This document shows positions 54,436-64,000 of a stretch of DNA of 64,000 nt, in pieces. This DNA is from a virus (lineage: Duplodnaviria > Caudoviricetes), in IMG/VR virus record IMGVR_UViG_3300014204_013734, positions 160,001 to 224,000 of that record. One strand, given 5' to 3'. The notes under the pieces were generated by a model. The model was not told where the DNA came from and ran no database searches. It saw nothing but the letters and a program-made list of their open reading frames with translations. How positions within the stretch are numbered: position 1 is the first letter of the stretch; each line of letters begins with the position of its first letter. Both the position numbers and the translations under genes were made by a program.

Positions 54436-55644
54436 ATGCGTGCCCTTCCTCCTACAACGGTTGAACAGCGATCTTCACTTTACGGTGATGTTGAAACACT
54501 TGTAACAGTGGGGTTTCTTTCACATACGGTCCAAGTAGGGGATTGGCCTGTTGCTTTGAGAACGTTGTGCCCGGGGGATTTGCATTTGTTCCGGTCCCGT
54601 ACTTTCAAAGGGGCGGATGCAGACTGGCAGGTGTGGATGTTGGCGGCATCCATTTGGATGGTAGACGGTTATTCCTTCCTGGAAGAATCCAATTCTGCCT
54701 GGAAGTTGCACGAAGCCATCAAAAAGTTTCCCAAGTCCGTCAAGGACCTGTTGTTCAGTTTGGTAGCTGGGTTGTTTGCCCGACAAGACAAGGCGTTTGA
54801 AGCTCTGGAACCTTGGTGTTTTGAAGGGCAGTCCCGGTTTAGATGGCGGGCTTTGAAGGGTCTTTCTGTTGGAATGTGGTCTGGCATTCCTGGAGTTGAA
54901 AAGCTTGGCCTTAATTCCTTCCAACAGATGTGGAGGGCGTTTAACGAAGTTGAAGATCAACGCCGCGATGATGAAAGTTTGTGGGAAGGTTTTAAGTTGG
55001 TAGCTTCGGCTTCAGCCCCCAAAGGGGTCAAGAAGATTGACCAGCAAGACAGAAACCGACGCAAGGCTGAAGAAGACCGGCGTCAGATGGTTCTCGATCG
55101 ATTTTACTACATGACGAAAGGGATAATTTCCGGAAAGACGGAAAAGGGTTCTGACCTAAGTGAGGATCTTCCTGCTTTGGTTTATGCCTCCAAGGATCCT
55201 GAACTGCTAGCTGATGAAATGTACAGGTGGGTTACGGGCCAAGAGGATGCCCATGACCAGGTGGTTAGTGCTTATAAGCGTCAGATCAGGGAACGGCATG
55301 AAGCTGAAAAGGCAGCACGGGAAGCACGGCGGTTGGAACTTCAACGGAAGCAAAAGGAATTGGAAGAATCGGGAATGCCGAACCGATTGATTGCATGCAC
55401 GGCGGAACAGCTTGAACACATGCTCCGGGACCGTAAGCCCGGTATCAGGACTGTTGTTGACGGAAAAGGTGCAATCAATCCGGAACGATTGTATGACAAG
55501 TATGTGGCTAAGCAACCGAATTCCGGTTTACTTCAAGGAACGGCAGACGGAAAGGTTGTGGATCCAACTGGGGTCACCAAAGAAGTTTTGCAGGATTTGG
55601 TAAATTCCAGACAGGTTCCTTTCAGCGTTAGCAAAGAAGGATGA
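54436..55644 (+). CDS. Second putative tail assembly chaperone
   Basis: VALRTLCPGD..LAASIWMVDG resembles the previous gene's N-domain; coupled to the tape measure gene. Confidence 0.5.
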   Translation: MRALPPTTVEQRSSLYGDVETLVTVGFLSHTVQVGDWPVALRTLCPGDLHLFRSRTFKGADADWQVWMLAASIWMVDGYSFLEESNSAWKLHEAIKKFPKSVKDLLFSLVAGLFARQDKAFEALEPWCFEGQSRFRWRALKGLSVGMWSGIPGVEKLGLNSFQQMWRAFNEVEDQRRDDESLWEGFKLVASASAPKGVKKIDQQDRNRRKAEEDRRQMVLDRFYYMTKGIISGKTEKGSDLSEDLPALVYASKDPELLADEMYRWVTGQEDAHDQVVSAYKRQIRERHEAEKAAREARRLELQRKQKELEESGMPNRLIACTAEQLEHMLRDRKPGIRTVVDGKGAINPERLYDKYVAKQPNSGLLQGTADGKVVDPTGVTKEVLQDLVNSRQVPFSVSKEG

Positions 55645-58600
55645 TGGGTATGGCTGGCGCTCATGATACAGTAATGCAACTGGCGATCAATCCCCGGCTT
55701 ATGGGGCGAAATCTCACCAGGGATATGCAGAAGATGCAAGCGACTCTGGGACGTAACCTCGGTCAGGTTATGTCTGAAGCGGCGGGCGGTCGCTTTACGG
55801 ACAAGATGGCAGCCGAAGTCCGGAAAAAATTTGAATCGCTGCAAAGTGATCTGAAGGATTCCAGGGAAAAAGCGGAAAGGGCTGCGGAAAAATTGCGGGA
55901 TACTGCAATTTCCGTACAAGAACGTTTGCAGCAACGGGCTATTTTGGATTCTGCCAAACTGGAATACGATGCCTTACTTAAGCGATACAAGGCAGAAGAA
56001 GACAACGTTAAAGCAGTCGCTTCGCGTCGTGTCAAATCTTACGATAAGGAACTGGAAACCGTTGGTATGAAGATGGGCCAGAACGCCGAAAGCTTCGGCG
56101 AATCTTTGCATGACATTTTTTCCGACCTGACGTCCAAGGACCTTGGGTCCATGCTTCAAATTATTTCGAAAATGGGTCAAAAAGCCAAGTCTGCTGGGGA
56201 CATGGCTCGTGCGGGTCAGGGTGTAGGGACTACGGGTAAAGTTTTGGATAAAGTAGGCGGGGTGTTAGGGAAAATCGGGCCTGCTTTGATGGCCATTGGT
56301 GCTGTTGTCGCTGGTTTTGCCGCCGTGATAAAACTGATCATTGATGCAGACGCACAGGCTAAGGAACTGCACCGTACCTTGATGGAAAGCGGTACTTCTC
56401 TTGGGGATATGGTAGGGGGGGCACAAAATGTTAAGAAAGCATTTGATGAGGTCAGGGACGCCGCCGTTGACCTTCGGAACAACTACAAGTGGGGAACGCT
56501 GGCAGCGGACCAGTTAAAAATCCTTGGGGCGTTCAACAACACGGTCTACACCCTGAAAAAAATGGGAGATGGGTTGGGAAATGCCGAAGATAGGATGAAG
56601 GCATACCAGCAAGCTACATCGGCCGCCTTAATTTATTCAAAGCTGTTGGGGGAATCTGCTGAAACCGTTACACAGCAGATGGGCGACATGATGGAAGAAC
56701 TTGGGTTGTCCTTGACGGGAGTTAAGGAAAAGTTTGCCGCCATTTACGATGCGGCCCAATCCAGCGGATACGGGACAAAACGATTTTTCGGAATGGTCCT
56801 TCAGGCGACAACCGGCATGTCTATGTACAATGTCAGGCTGGAACAGACTTCCGCCATGCTCCTGAGTTTGAATAAAATACTCGGGTCCAAGTTCGGGCAA
56901 GAGTTTTTCAGTAAGCTGACCCAGGGGTTTTCTAAGCAAAGTGCGCAAGAAGGCATGAAGACTATCATGATGGCAGGAGCGGACACTGTAGGGAAAGCTT
57001 TGTCCGGTACGGCAAAATATGCTGCTGACGGTTTCGTCGACATTTTTGAAAAATCCATAAAACCAGGGGGTGATTTTGGGGATGCGTTGTCCAAAGCCTT
57101 CAATATTGACGGTAAGAAATTGGCGGCGGATCTTAAGGATCGGGACAAACGGGAAACCGCTTTGGATGCGTTGGTCGGTAAGTTGAAACAGATGGATCCG
57201 AAAGCTTTTGCATCGGCTGTGGCGACTGTGACCAAGGATTCAAACAGTAATGTTGCCAGGGGATTGCAACAACTCAGGACGCAGGCCAAAGGCATCGGAG
57301 GGGATCTTGGGGATCAAATGCAGGCCTTGCGGGCGTTGGATCCTGGGGCCGCTTTGGTCATGCACTTCAAAGTCTTGGAAAAGTGGACAAAGAAAACCCC
57401 AGAAGAACTTCAGGATTTAGGGGCCATCAACCAGATGTTTGCAGAAAATTCTTTGGGGATGGACACAGAGATGCAGGATCAATTGAAGAACATCGGAATT
57501 AGTTCGGTAGGCGCCTGGAAGGAAATGTCTACTTTGAAGGATAAACAGTTGTCTCCTGCGGATTTGGAAAAGGAACAAGCTAAACAGGTAGCGGCATGGG
57601 GGGCTTTTTCCGACAAGAGTGGCAAGATATGGGCCGGTAAGTTGGATGAGAATGGGAAAGCTGTTGCTACCAGTATGGGTCCTTTGAAGGATGTCTACGA
57701 CCTTATGTCTGGGCGTGTATCCGCAGATCAGAAAGTCAACGAAGTCATGAGCAAGCAGGAAGCTTTGGCTCAGCAAGTGGCTTCAAACACAACTGAAATG
57801 ACTAAAATTCTTGAACAAGGTGTTCAGGCTGTCTTGAACAAAATATACACCGCTGTCCAAGGTATTTGGGGGAAAATGGGAGGTTTGTCTGAAGGTGAAC
57901 AAAAGGCACAAAGGAAGGCACTTGAAGCACAGGATGCAATCATCAAGTCGCTCCAAGAAAGACAACGCGAATTAGCTATGAAAGCATCAACTGCCGAATT
58001 GGGTGTGAAAACGGCGACGACACCGGAAGAAAAATTAGCGAAACAGAAAGAATTGGACACCCTCAATTCGGAAATGGATCGAAACCGTCAGCGTATTGCT
58101 GATGAAACGGAACTTTCAAAAGCGATCCAAAACCAGACCTCAAGTAATTGGACCTTTGATAAAAAGGCATCGGAATTTCTGTCGGAAGCCCAAAAAATGC
58201 GGGAAGATCAAAAAAAGGCTCCTGCTGCCGGCACTGTGGTTACAGGCGAACAGGTAGCCGGAGGGGTTTCCGGGCAATTTATGAAGGACATATCGGGGAT
58301 AGCTAAGTGGGTGTCAGGCGTGTTCACCGACGGGATGGAAGGAGTGGAAAAGACCGACGTCAACCTTTCCAAAAAGGAAGAAATACAGAATAAGTACGAA
58401 GACAAGAAAATGGAGGACAAACGGATTGCTACTGCCAAGAACAAGTTGAATCCTGACTTGGCCAAGAAGATTGCGGAAGAAAACCAGAAGGGATCACTCA
58501 AGTCGGCCCTGGCGGCCGGAGGGGTTCCGACCAACATGATTGATGAAGTCGCCGAAGCCATTATGGGCGGGCGTCCTGCTGGAATCAACATCGCTCCTGA

Positions 58601-58919
58601 CAAAGCTCAGGAATTGTTGGATAAATTTGAAACTACAATGGGTCCGGCAGGTGCAAGCAAATTCCGCGTTTGGGCTGGAGCGCAGAAGGACTTTATGGCC
58701 AGGATTGACGGAGGCGGAGCTATTCGGGATGTTGTTTCTATTGACGATCAAGACACCATCATGGGGGTCAAACCCGGCGGCGCCGTAGCTAAGGCCGGAC
58801 GTAAGGTTGCCGGAAAAGAGGGAAGCGGCAAGACCGTAATCAATTATTTTACGCTTAACGACACTGGCAGGGGGGCCTTGAAGGTGATTCAGGACGCCCA
58901 AGATGCCGGGGCTTTGTGA
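55641..58919 (+). CDS. Tape measure protein
   Basis: 1092 aa, helical, A/K/E/Q/G-rich with a hydrophobic segment; canonical position. Confidence 0.8.
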   Translation: MMGMAGAHDTVMQLAINPRLMGRNLTRDMQKMQATLGRNLGQVMSEAAGGRFTDKMAAEVRKKFESLQSDLKDSREKAERAAEKLRDTAISVQERLQQRAILDSAKLEYDALLKRYKAEEDNVKAVASRRVKSYDKELETVGMKMGQNAESFGESLHDIFSDLTSKDLGSMLQIISKMGQKAKSAGDMARAGQGVGTTGKVLDKVGGVLGKIGPALMAIGAVVAGFAAVIKLIIDADAQAKELHRTLMESGTSLGDMVGGAQNVKKAFDEVRDAAVDLRNNYKWGTLAADQLKILGAFNNTVYTLKKMGDGLGNAEDRMKAYQQATSAALIYSKLLGESAETVTQQMGDMMEELGLSLTGVKEKFAAIYDAAQSSGYGTKRFFGMVLQATTGMSMYNVRLEQTSAMLLSLNKILGSKFGQEFFSKLTQGFSKQSAQEGMKTIMMAGADTVGKALSGTAKYAADGFVDIFEKSIKPGGDFGDALSKAFNIDGKKLAADLKDRDKRETALDALVGKLKQMDPKAFASAVATVTKDSNSNVARGLQQLRTQAKGIGGDLGDQMQALRALDPGAALVMHFKVLEKWTKKTPEELQDLGAINQMFAENSLGMDTEMQDQLKNIGISSVGAWKEMSTLKDKQLSPADLEKEQAKQVAAWGAFSDKSGKIWAGKLDENGKAVATSMGPLKDVYDLMSGRVSADQKVNEVMSKQEALAQQVASNTTEMTKILEQGVQAVLNKIYTAVQGIWGKMGGLSEGEQKAQRKALEAQDAIIKSLQERQRELAMKASTAELGVKTATTPEEKLAKQKELDTLNSEMDRNRQRIADETELSKAIQNQTSSNWTFDKKASEFLSEAQKMREDQKKAPAAGTVVTGEQVAGGVSGQFMKDISGIAKWVSGVFTDGMEGVEKTDVNLSKKEEIQNKYEDKKMEDKRIATAKNKLNPDLAKKIAEENQKGSLKSALAAGGVPTNMIDEVAEAIMGGRPAGINIAPDKAQELLDKFETTMGPAGASKFRVWAGAQKDFMARIDGGGAIRDVVSIDDQDTIMGVKPGGAVAKAGRKVAGKEGSGKTVINYFTLNDTGRGALKVIQDAQDAGAL

Positions 58920-58926
58920 GGGATGA

Positions 58927-59634
58927 GTGGGTGACAAACAGCCAGTATTCAGATCCGCTTTTCAGTCGGCGGATGATGAAAATAACACCAGTCTTGGGAT
59001 CAAACCTGTCATCTTTGATATCCTTGGACCAGACCAGGAAACAAGTTTGTTGCCGGATTACATGAAGATGGTTCTGCATGTGAACCCGTCTACCATGACG
59101 GTTAACTACAGTAAGATCATCGAACGTATTCAGACCAAGGGGGGGTTCGTTGAACAGCATTGGGGTGAAGGTCTTGACACCTTGGACTTCAACATGGCCA
59201 CCGGCGGTTTTATGCGCCTTTTTTCTGGTCTGTCAAATATCACCGGGGGTCCTGGGTCTTTGGATGTCCAGGGAAACCGTAGGGAAACCATTTCTTATGA
59301 CAAGTATTTGGATTTTCTGGCCTTATTCCATAACAACGGGTCTGTGTATGACATTACTGGAAAGATCGTGTTTCAAGGTGTCGTTAAGGTGACTTTTGAT
59401 GGTGGCGTTTACTTTGGTGTTTTCAATGATCTGAACGTTGACGAAACAGCGGAAAAACCTTATCAGTTTACGTTGAGTTCCACGTTTACGATCCAGCGGG
59501 AAATTTTGCGTATTAGAACGGTTCCAAACTGGAACCCGGATGTTGGAAGTTATTGGCAAGAAAACCAGACCCCGGATTGGGTGCCGGATTTGTTTGATCC
59601 TAATCGCTTGAATCAAGGGCAAAGGGTTGAATGA
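58927..59634 (+). CDS. Baseplate/tail-tube initiator-like protein
   Basis: LHVNPSTM..ERIQTKGGFVEQHWGE..YFGVF..ETAEKPYQF. Confidence 0.65.
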   Translation: MGDKQPVFRSAFQSADDENNTSLGIKPVIFDILGPDQETSLLPDYMKMVLHVNPSTMTVNYSKIIERIQTKGGFVEQHWGEGLDTLDFNMATGGFMRLFSGLSNITGGPGSLDVQGNRRETISYDKYLDFLALFHNNGSVYDITGKIVFQGVVKVTFDGGVYFGVFNDLNVDETAEKPYQFTLSSTFTIQREILRIRTVPNWNPDVGSYWQENQTPDWVPDLFDPNRLNQGQRVE

Positions 59635-61004
59635 TGGCAGCCGAACTTCAAACTTTGGACCAGGCGTCCGCACAAAACGCTTCCCAGGAAGGTTCTACTA
59701 GTTACGGGGATGCACGTTCGCGTTTGGTCACTTTGTCCGTGCAGACGCCGCCTGCACCTTCGGCTTTCAAAGGAATACCGACAGGTCCTGAAATAGCCCT
59801 TGAATGGGAAGCGCAGCAAACTGACCAGGTGGAGTTGTCTGATTCACTTCTCCGTAATCTGTCTCCGTTCATTATCCAGATTGAACCGCCGGCCGTGTTC
59901 GCTGATTTGCTGGCCCCTTCCGAACAGGCGTCCGGCGTTCCACAACTTGACCTCTACGGAACCGCAAACGGTGGGTTGGCTACTTACGCCGTTGCCAGAG
60001 AAGCGTTGGTTGCGTCGTCTTTGTACGGTGGATTGATGGGACAAGGGACAGGTAGTGTTGAATCCGTGGAAGAATTTGCTGTTCGTTCCTATGGATCTGA
60101 AACACTTGCTTCTGGGGAGGACATTCCCGTCGGTAGTCCGGTTCAGGAAGATTGGTTGGCGGCTGCCGACACTATCCGACAGATCGTTGCTATATTGGAT
60201 GCTCCTCCACTTGTTTTGTTGATCAACCCTACATCGTTGAGGCTTGCCACTAATAAGGTGCAGCAGTTTCAAGACCGGACGCGTTACGGTTATATTCTGC
60301 ACACTTGGGGCGATGATCAACTGAAGGTTTCCATTACCGCTACGTGTGGGGCTTTTGTGTCTGGGGGGCGGGGTGTTTCGGCTGCCAGCAAACGGGATTC
60401 TTTAGCATGGCAGAACATGATGAATTTGGTTCATTTCTACCGCCACAACGGATATATTTACGATACGATAGGTAAGTCAAACGCAAATCTTCACGTTGGT
60501 GCATTGTCCATCCGGTATGACAATTGGATATACTACGGGAACATGGAAAGCCTGAACTTCACGTTTGACGAAACCAAAAACCTTGGCGGGATTGAATTTA
60601 GCATGGAGTTCACGGCGAATCGGAAATTGGATGTAGATCAACAGTGGTTTAACGTCCTGCCTATGAAGTCTCCGATCCCCAGTTTGTCGGATCCCCGCTA
60701 CCAGGGGGAAAATTCCAGGGGTTCCGGTCAATTGGGTCATTGGCAGTGGGATATTGGGGAAAATCGGGTTGAAAGGTCTTCCGCGTCGGAAAGTGTAGAT
60801 GCCGGGACCGAATCTTCTGGTTTTCTTGCTTCCGCTGGAAACGTAGAAGGCGTTGTTCAACAACCTACGGGTCTTGGAGGGTTGCAGGATACAGGTGTTG
60901 TTGTAGAAGAACGACCGGTGACACAAGTAACCCCTAATTTTTCTGCACCGTTCGGAAACCGTAATGGGGTGATGGTTCCCCCAACTTCGTCTAACGGGGT
61001 GTAA
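59631..61004 (+). CDS. Second baseplate/tube-initiator-like protein
   Basis: LLINPTSL..DRTRYGYILHTWGD..YYGNMESLNFTFDE, paralogous to the previous gene. Confidence 0.6.
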   Translation: MMAAELQTLDQASAQNASQEGSTSYGDARSRLVTLSVQTPPAPSAFKGIPTGPEIALEWEAQQTDQVELSDSLLRNLSPFIIQIEPPAVFADLLAPSEQASGVPQLDLYGTANGGLATYAVAREALVASSLYGGLMGQGTGSVESVEEFAVRSYGSETLASGEDIPVGSPVQEDWLAAADTIRQIVAILDAPPLVLLINPTSLRLATNKVQQFQDRTRYGYILHTWGDDQLKVSITATCGAFVSGGRGVSAASKRDSLAWQNMMNLVHFYRHNGYIYDTIGKSNANLHVGALSIRYDNWIYYGNMESLNFTFDETKNLGGIEFSMEFTANRKLDVDQQWFNVLPMKSPIPSLSDPRYQGENSRGSGQLGHWQWDIGENRVERSSASESVDAGTESSGFLASAGNVEGVVQQPTGLGGLQDTGVVVEERPVTQVTPNFSAPFGNRNGVMVPPTSSNGV

Positions 61005-61007
61005 CCA

Positions 61008-64000
61008 ATGCCTTTGGAAAACAGACCTTTCGTAGGGTCTTGGAGGTTAGGACGCCAAGGGGTTGTCCAACACACGCCGGACGCTTTGGTTTACATCAAC
61101 GGGGATTTGTCAGTTCCGGGTTGTCGTACATGTAATGGCAGAATCAACATCCAGGAATTTCTGACAGAAGTTTCTGTAGACCACGGAACTGAACCTGGGT
61201 CGTCGTCCGCCAGTTTTACATTGTCCGTTCCTGTTCACCATAATGAAACCCTGGCCAGGGATGCACAGTTTATTTTCCGTCCTGGTCTTGAAATTCACAT
61301 TTACATGCGAGGATACTTTCCGGTATCGGGAATGTTTTCTGAAAACTCCGCGTACAAAGATGTGTTTCATTATCCATACTATCCTGTGTTTCATGGGGTT
61401 GTGATACAGACGGGTCATAGCTACAGTGCTGGGGTGCAGACGATCAGCATTCAGTGCGCCAGCATGTTGCATTTTTGGCAGTTCCAGCAGGTGTCCACGA
61501 ATGCCAGCATCTTTGGTCCTCGGGCACGGAATTCGCATCTGCAATCTTCTTTGGTTGGACACAACTATTCGGGCAAGCATCCATATGAAATCATATGGCA
61601 TTTGCACAACGATTTTGTCAGTGCGGCAGCAGGCGTTGGGTTTGCCTTGTCGCAACGGACCAACCAGACGGCCAGTTTCGGGTCGGAATCGCTCATGTCA
61701 ATCACGGCCCGGTATTGGGAGGAACGATTCAAGACGCGATTCATCAAGCTCAGGATGCACGGGGCGACAGGGAATCTGTTCAGTGCGGCGCAGGCAGCTT
61801 ATGTTGGTCGTGCTTCCAGTTCCGAATTGCTTCGGGAATTCAAGAATCGGTTCAACATCAACACAGGACCCAGTGCTACTGGGAATCCTTTTTCTACTGC
61901 CAAGGCGGTAGACGGCACGACCATTCCGACTCGTTTGGATTCAATCAAGGTATACAATCCTGGCCCGGAAGACGGTTTTGATTTGAATCTTGTGGAAATG
62001 AAGGCGTTCGTTTCCGACTTGTCCCAGTGGGGTCAGCCCAACCTGTTTGAATCCACCTATGAATCCAAGTTGGATATTGCCAACAAGATATGTGAAGTTA
62101 CCGGGTTTGAGTTCTATCAAGATGTGGACGGTGATTTTGTTTTCAAACCTCCAATGTACAATCTTGACACGTCCGGGTCTCGGGTTTACAGGATTGAAGA
62201 TATTGACATCATCAACATCAATTTTGACGAAAAAGAACCGCAGGCTACCTACATTACGGCCAAAGGGTCGCAGATGAAGAACTTGGCCGGGACCGGGTTG
62301 GATAACGAATGGGGTGTTCAAGGGCAATATATTGATTGGCGATTGGTAGCACAATATGGATGGCGGCCCCATGACTTTGAAACAGCTTACTTCAACAATC
62401 GGTCAGCTATGTTCTTTGCCGCCATGAATCGGCTGGATCTTTTGAATGCTCCTTGTAAGTCGGCAACGGTGACAATTCCAATCAGACCGGAAATCCGGCC
62501 TGGTTATCCTGTTTACATACCTTCTTTGGATTGCTTTTTTTACTGCAATAGTTTTAGCCATAGCCATTCGGTTGGTGGACAATGTACGACAAACCTTCAG
62601 CTTATTGCGAAGAGGGCGAAATTCTTTGCCCCTAAAGACCCGACGAAGACGGGCATAGAAGCGGTTGACTTGTCAGACCTTACACTTCCTCCTGGACCTT
62701 TGCAAATTCAGGATGATGATGGGCGTCCGGCTTTGGCGGGTTTCCCAAACGTAGTCATGTCTCTTGATCCTTTCAGGATTGATCCTCGTATGTTGATGCT
62801 TGGCGGGGACATTTACACTTTGGATAAGGATACCTTGGGAGGAATTATCAAGATTGCTCTGGATAAAAACATCATTGCGCACCTTCCCGGCATGAAAGGG
62901 GGCCCGTATTACCTTTGGACGACGGGCAAGGAAGGTGTTGGGGACGTGATCCTGCATTTTGCGTCTGATTTTGATCCGGCATCCTCGGGAAGTGGGGATG
63001 CTGATTTGGAAGACAGACCGGTCATTCCGTTGGAAGAAGGTCTGAACGCTTTGGTAACGCAGCAAAAGAACCTGGAACAGAAAAAGAAGGATATCCAGGA
63101 GAAGCGGGACAAACTTGTCAAGAAGGAATTGATGCCCGCACAGAAGAAATTGGATGACATCGGGGATCCTGGGTCCCAGGCGTACAAGGATCAGTATGCC
63201 AAGGTTCAGGATATCCAAGACCAGATCAACAGGTGTGATAGTGATGCGGCAAATCTCCAGTCCGATTTTGAAAGGGAAATGGAAATAGGGGACGGTACGG
63301 TTACGTCAGTCAAGACGTTGTGGTTGCTTATTCATACAATCATTGAAAAATCATTTGGGGGTCGTATTGACTTAGCCTCTACAACTTTTCTCTTGAGTAT
63401 GTTAGCTGATAAGAAGGCCGTTATCAGTACGGCAAGTATGCCTGGAAGTTATCGTTACTATTCTGCGTCACATCCGAAACCGGAACATCAGGGACTTCGA
63501 CTCGCCACTGTTGATACCAGGGCTGGAAATGCGAAAGTATCCCTCGGGTCCTCCGGGTTGGATAGCCCGGCTACAGTTAAGGGTTTCACCAACGCCGCAT
63601 CACAAATGCAGCCTGGGGGATGGGTTCCTGAGGCTCAGTTTGCTGACATTACCGTGGTGAACGGGATCAAGGTCCGTAATGGGGATCCTTCAAAACCGGA
63701 TGGGGTCGTTTTGCCGACGTCCGAAATCAGGGAATTGATGTTCACTCCCATCCGTCTTGAATTAGACAGTCAACGAATCACGACCATGACGGAAAAAGAT
63801 GTAGGAACGGCATCGGAATCCATTCGGCAGGCTTTGATTGCGTCAGCACGGTTGACAGCGTCAACCAATGGCAAGGACGGAGTGACTATCGCTGAGGTTT
63901 TTGATCCTTGGGTTCAGACTGTTGATGGTTGGTTTCAGACTGCTTTCGTGGCGTCCCAGGGCATATCCGGCAACATCCCAGAATTTGGGACCATTGAACC
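61008..64000 (+). CDS. Baseplate hub-like protein, truncated by the window end (not in the ORF track)
   Basis: MPLENRPFVGSW..PDALVYING..ASFTLSVP..YYPVFHGVV..FEFYQDVDGDFVFKPPMYN..ATVTIPIRPEIRPGYPV; frame appears open to the end. Confidence 0.7.
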   Translation, partial: MPLENRPFVGSWRLGRQGVVQHTPDALVYINGDLSVPGCRTCNGRINIQEFLTEVSVDHGTEPGSSSASFTLSVPVHHNETLARDAQFIFRPGLEIHIYMRGYFPVSGMFSENSAYKDVFHYPYYPVFHGVVIQTGHSYSAGVQTISIQCASMLHFWQFQQVSTNASIFGPRARNSHLQSSLVGHNYSGKHPYEIIWHLHNDFVSAAAGVGFALSQRTNQTASFGSESLMSITARYWEERFKTRFIKLRMHGATGNLFSAAQAAYVGRASSSELLREFKNRFNINTGPSATGNPFSTAKAVDGTTIPTRLDSIKVYNPGPEDGFDLNLVEMKAFVSDLSQWGQPNLFESTYESKLDIANKICEVTGFEFYQDVDGDFVFKPPMYNLDTSGSRVYRIEDIDIININFDEKEPQATYITAKGSQMKNLAGTGLDNEWGVQGQYIDWRLVAQYGWRPHDFETAYFNNRSAMFFAAMNRLDLLNAPCKSATVTIPIRPEIRPGYPVYIPSLDCFFYCNSFSHSHSVGGQCTTNLQLIAKRAKFFAPKDPTKTGIEAVDLSDLTLPPGPLQIQDDDGRPALAGFPNVVMSLDPFRIDPRMLMLGGDIYTLDKDTLGGIIKIALDKNIIAHLPGMKGGPYYLWTTGKEGVGDVILHFASDFDPASSGSGDADLEDRPVIPLEEGLNALVTQQKNLEQKKKDIQEKRDKLVKKELMPAQKKLDDIGDPGSQAYKDQYAKVQDIQDQINRCDSDAANLQSDFEREMEIGDGTVTSVKTLWLLIHTIIEKSFGGRIDLASTTFLLSMLADKKAVISTASMPGSYRYYSASHPKPEHQGLRLATVDTRAGNAKVSLGSSGLDSPATVKGFTNAASQMQPGGWVPEAQFADITVVNGIKVRNGDPSKPDGVVLPTSEIRELMFTPIRLELDSQRITTMTEKDVGTASESIRQALIASARLTASTNGKDGVTIAEVFDPWVQTVDGWFQTAFVASQGISGNIPEFGTIE

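Noticed and set aside
54380-54440. Programmed frameshift between the two tail chaperone genes (lambda G/GT type)
   Set aside because: No X XXY YYZ slippery site seen near the first stop, and the second gene has its own in-frame ATG
1-64000. tRNA, rRNA, cas, integrase or transposase genes
   Set aside because: None recognised by eye; tRNAscan-SE and HMM searches would be needed to exclude them fully

Overview
A 64-kb segment of a large, probably jumbo, myovirus-like phage genome. It covers the virion morphogenesis region and is almost entirely on the + strand: scaffold-like protein, head decoration protein, HK97-type major capsid protein, neck and head-tail proteins, a 1765-aa contractile tail sheath, tail tube, chaperones, tape measure and baseplate hub (cut off at the window end). 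Interspersed are metabolic genes (glnA, speD), an actin-fold ATPase, a MerR plus VIT-vWA pair and several putative homing endonucleases. The most notable findings are: (1) a cas-less, degenerate type I-E-like CRISPR mini-array (37039-37255). Its short spacers match the two flanking phage genes with synonymous or conservative differences, and a 16-bp helix enclosing it covers the ribosome-binding site of the downstream gene. (2) Just upstream, a stand-alone copy of one major-capsid domain next to a nuclease-less, Walker-B-degenerate terminase ATPase copy, possibly decoys. (3) A neck gene fractured by an atypically split intein (32-aa IntN, 130-aa IntC) around a frameshifted endonuclease, plus a second cis mini-intein. 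(4) An array of seven genes sharing an N-terminal EHPE(T/M)R leader on shuffled cargo domains. All calls come from reading motifs by eye; no database searches were run.
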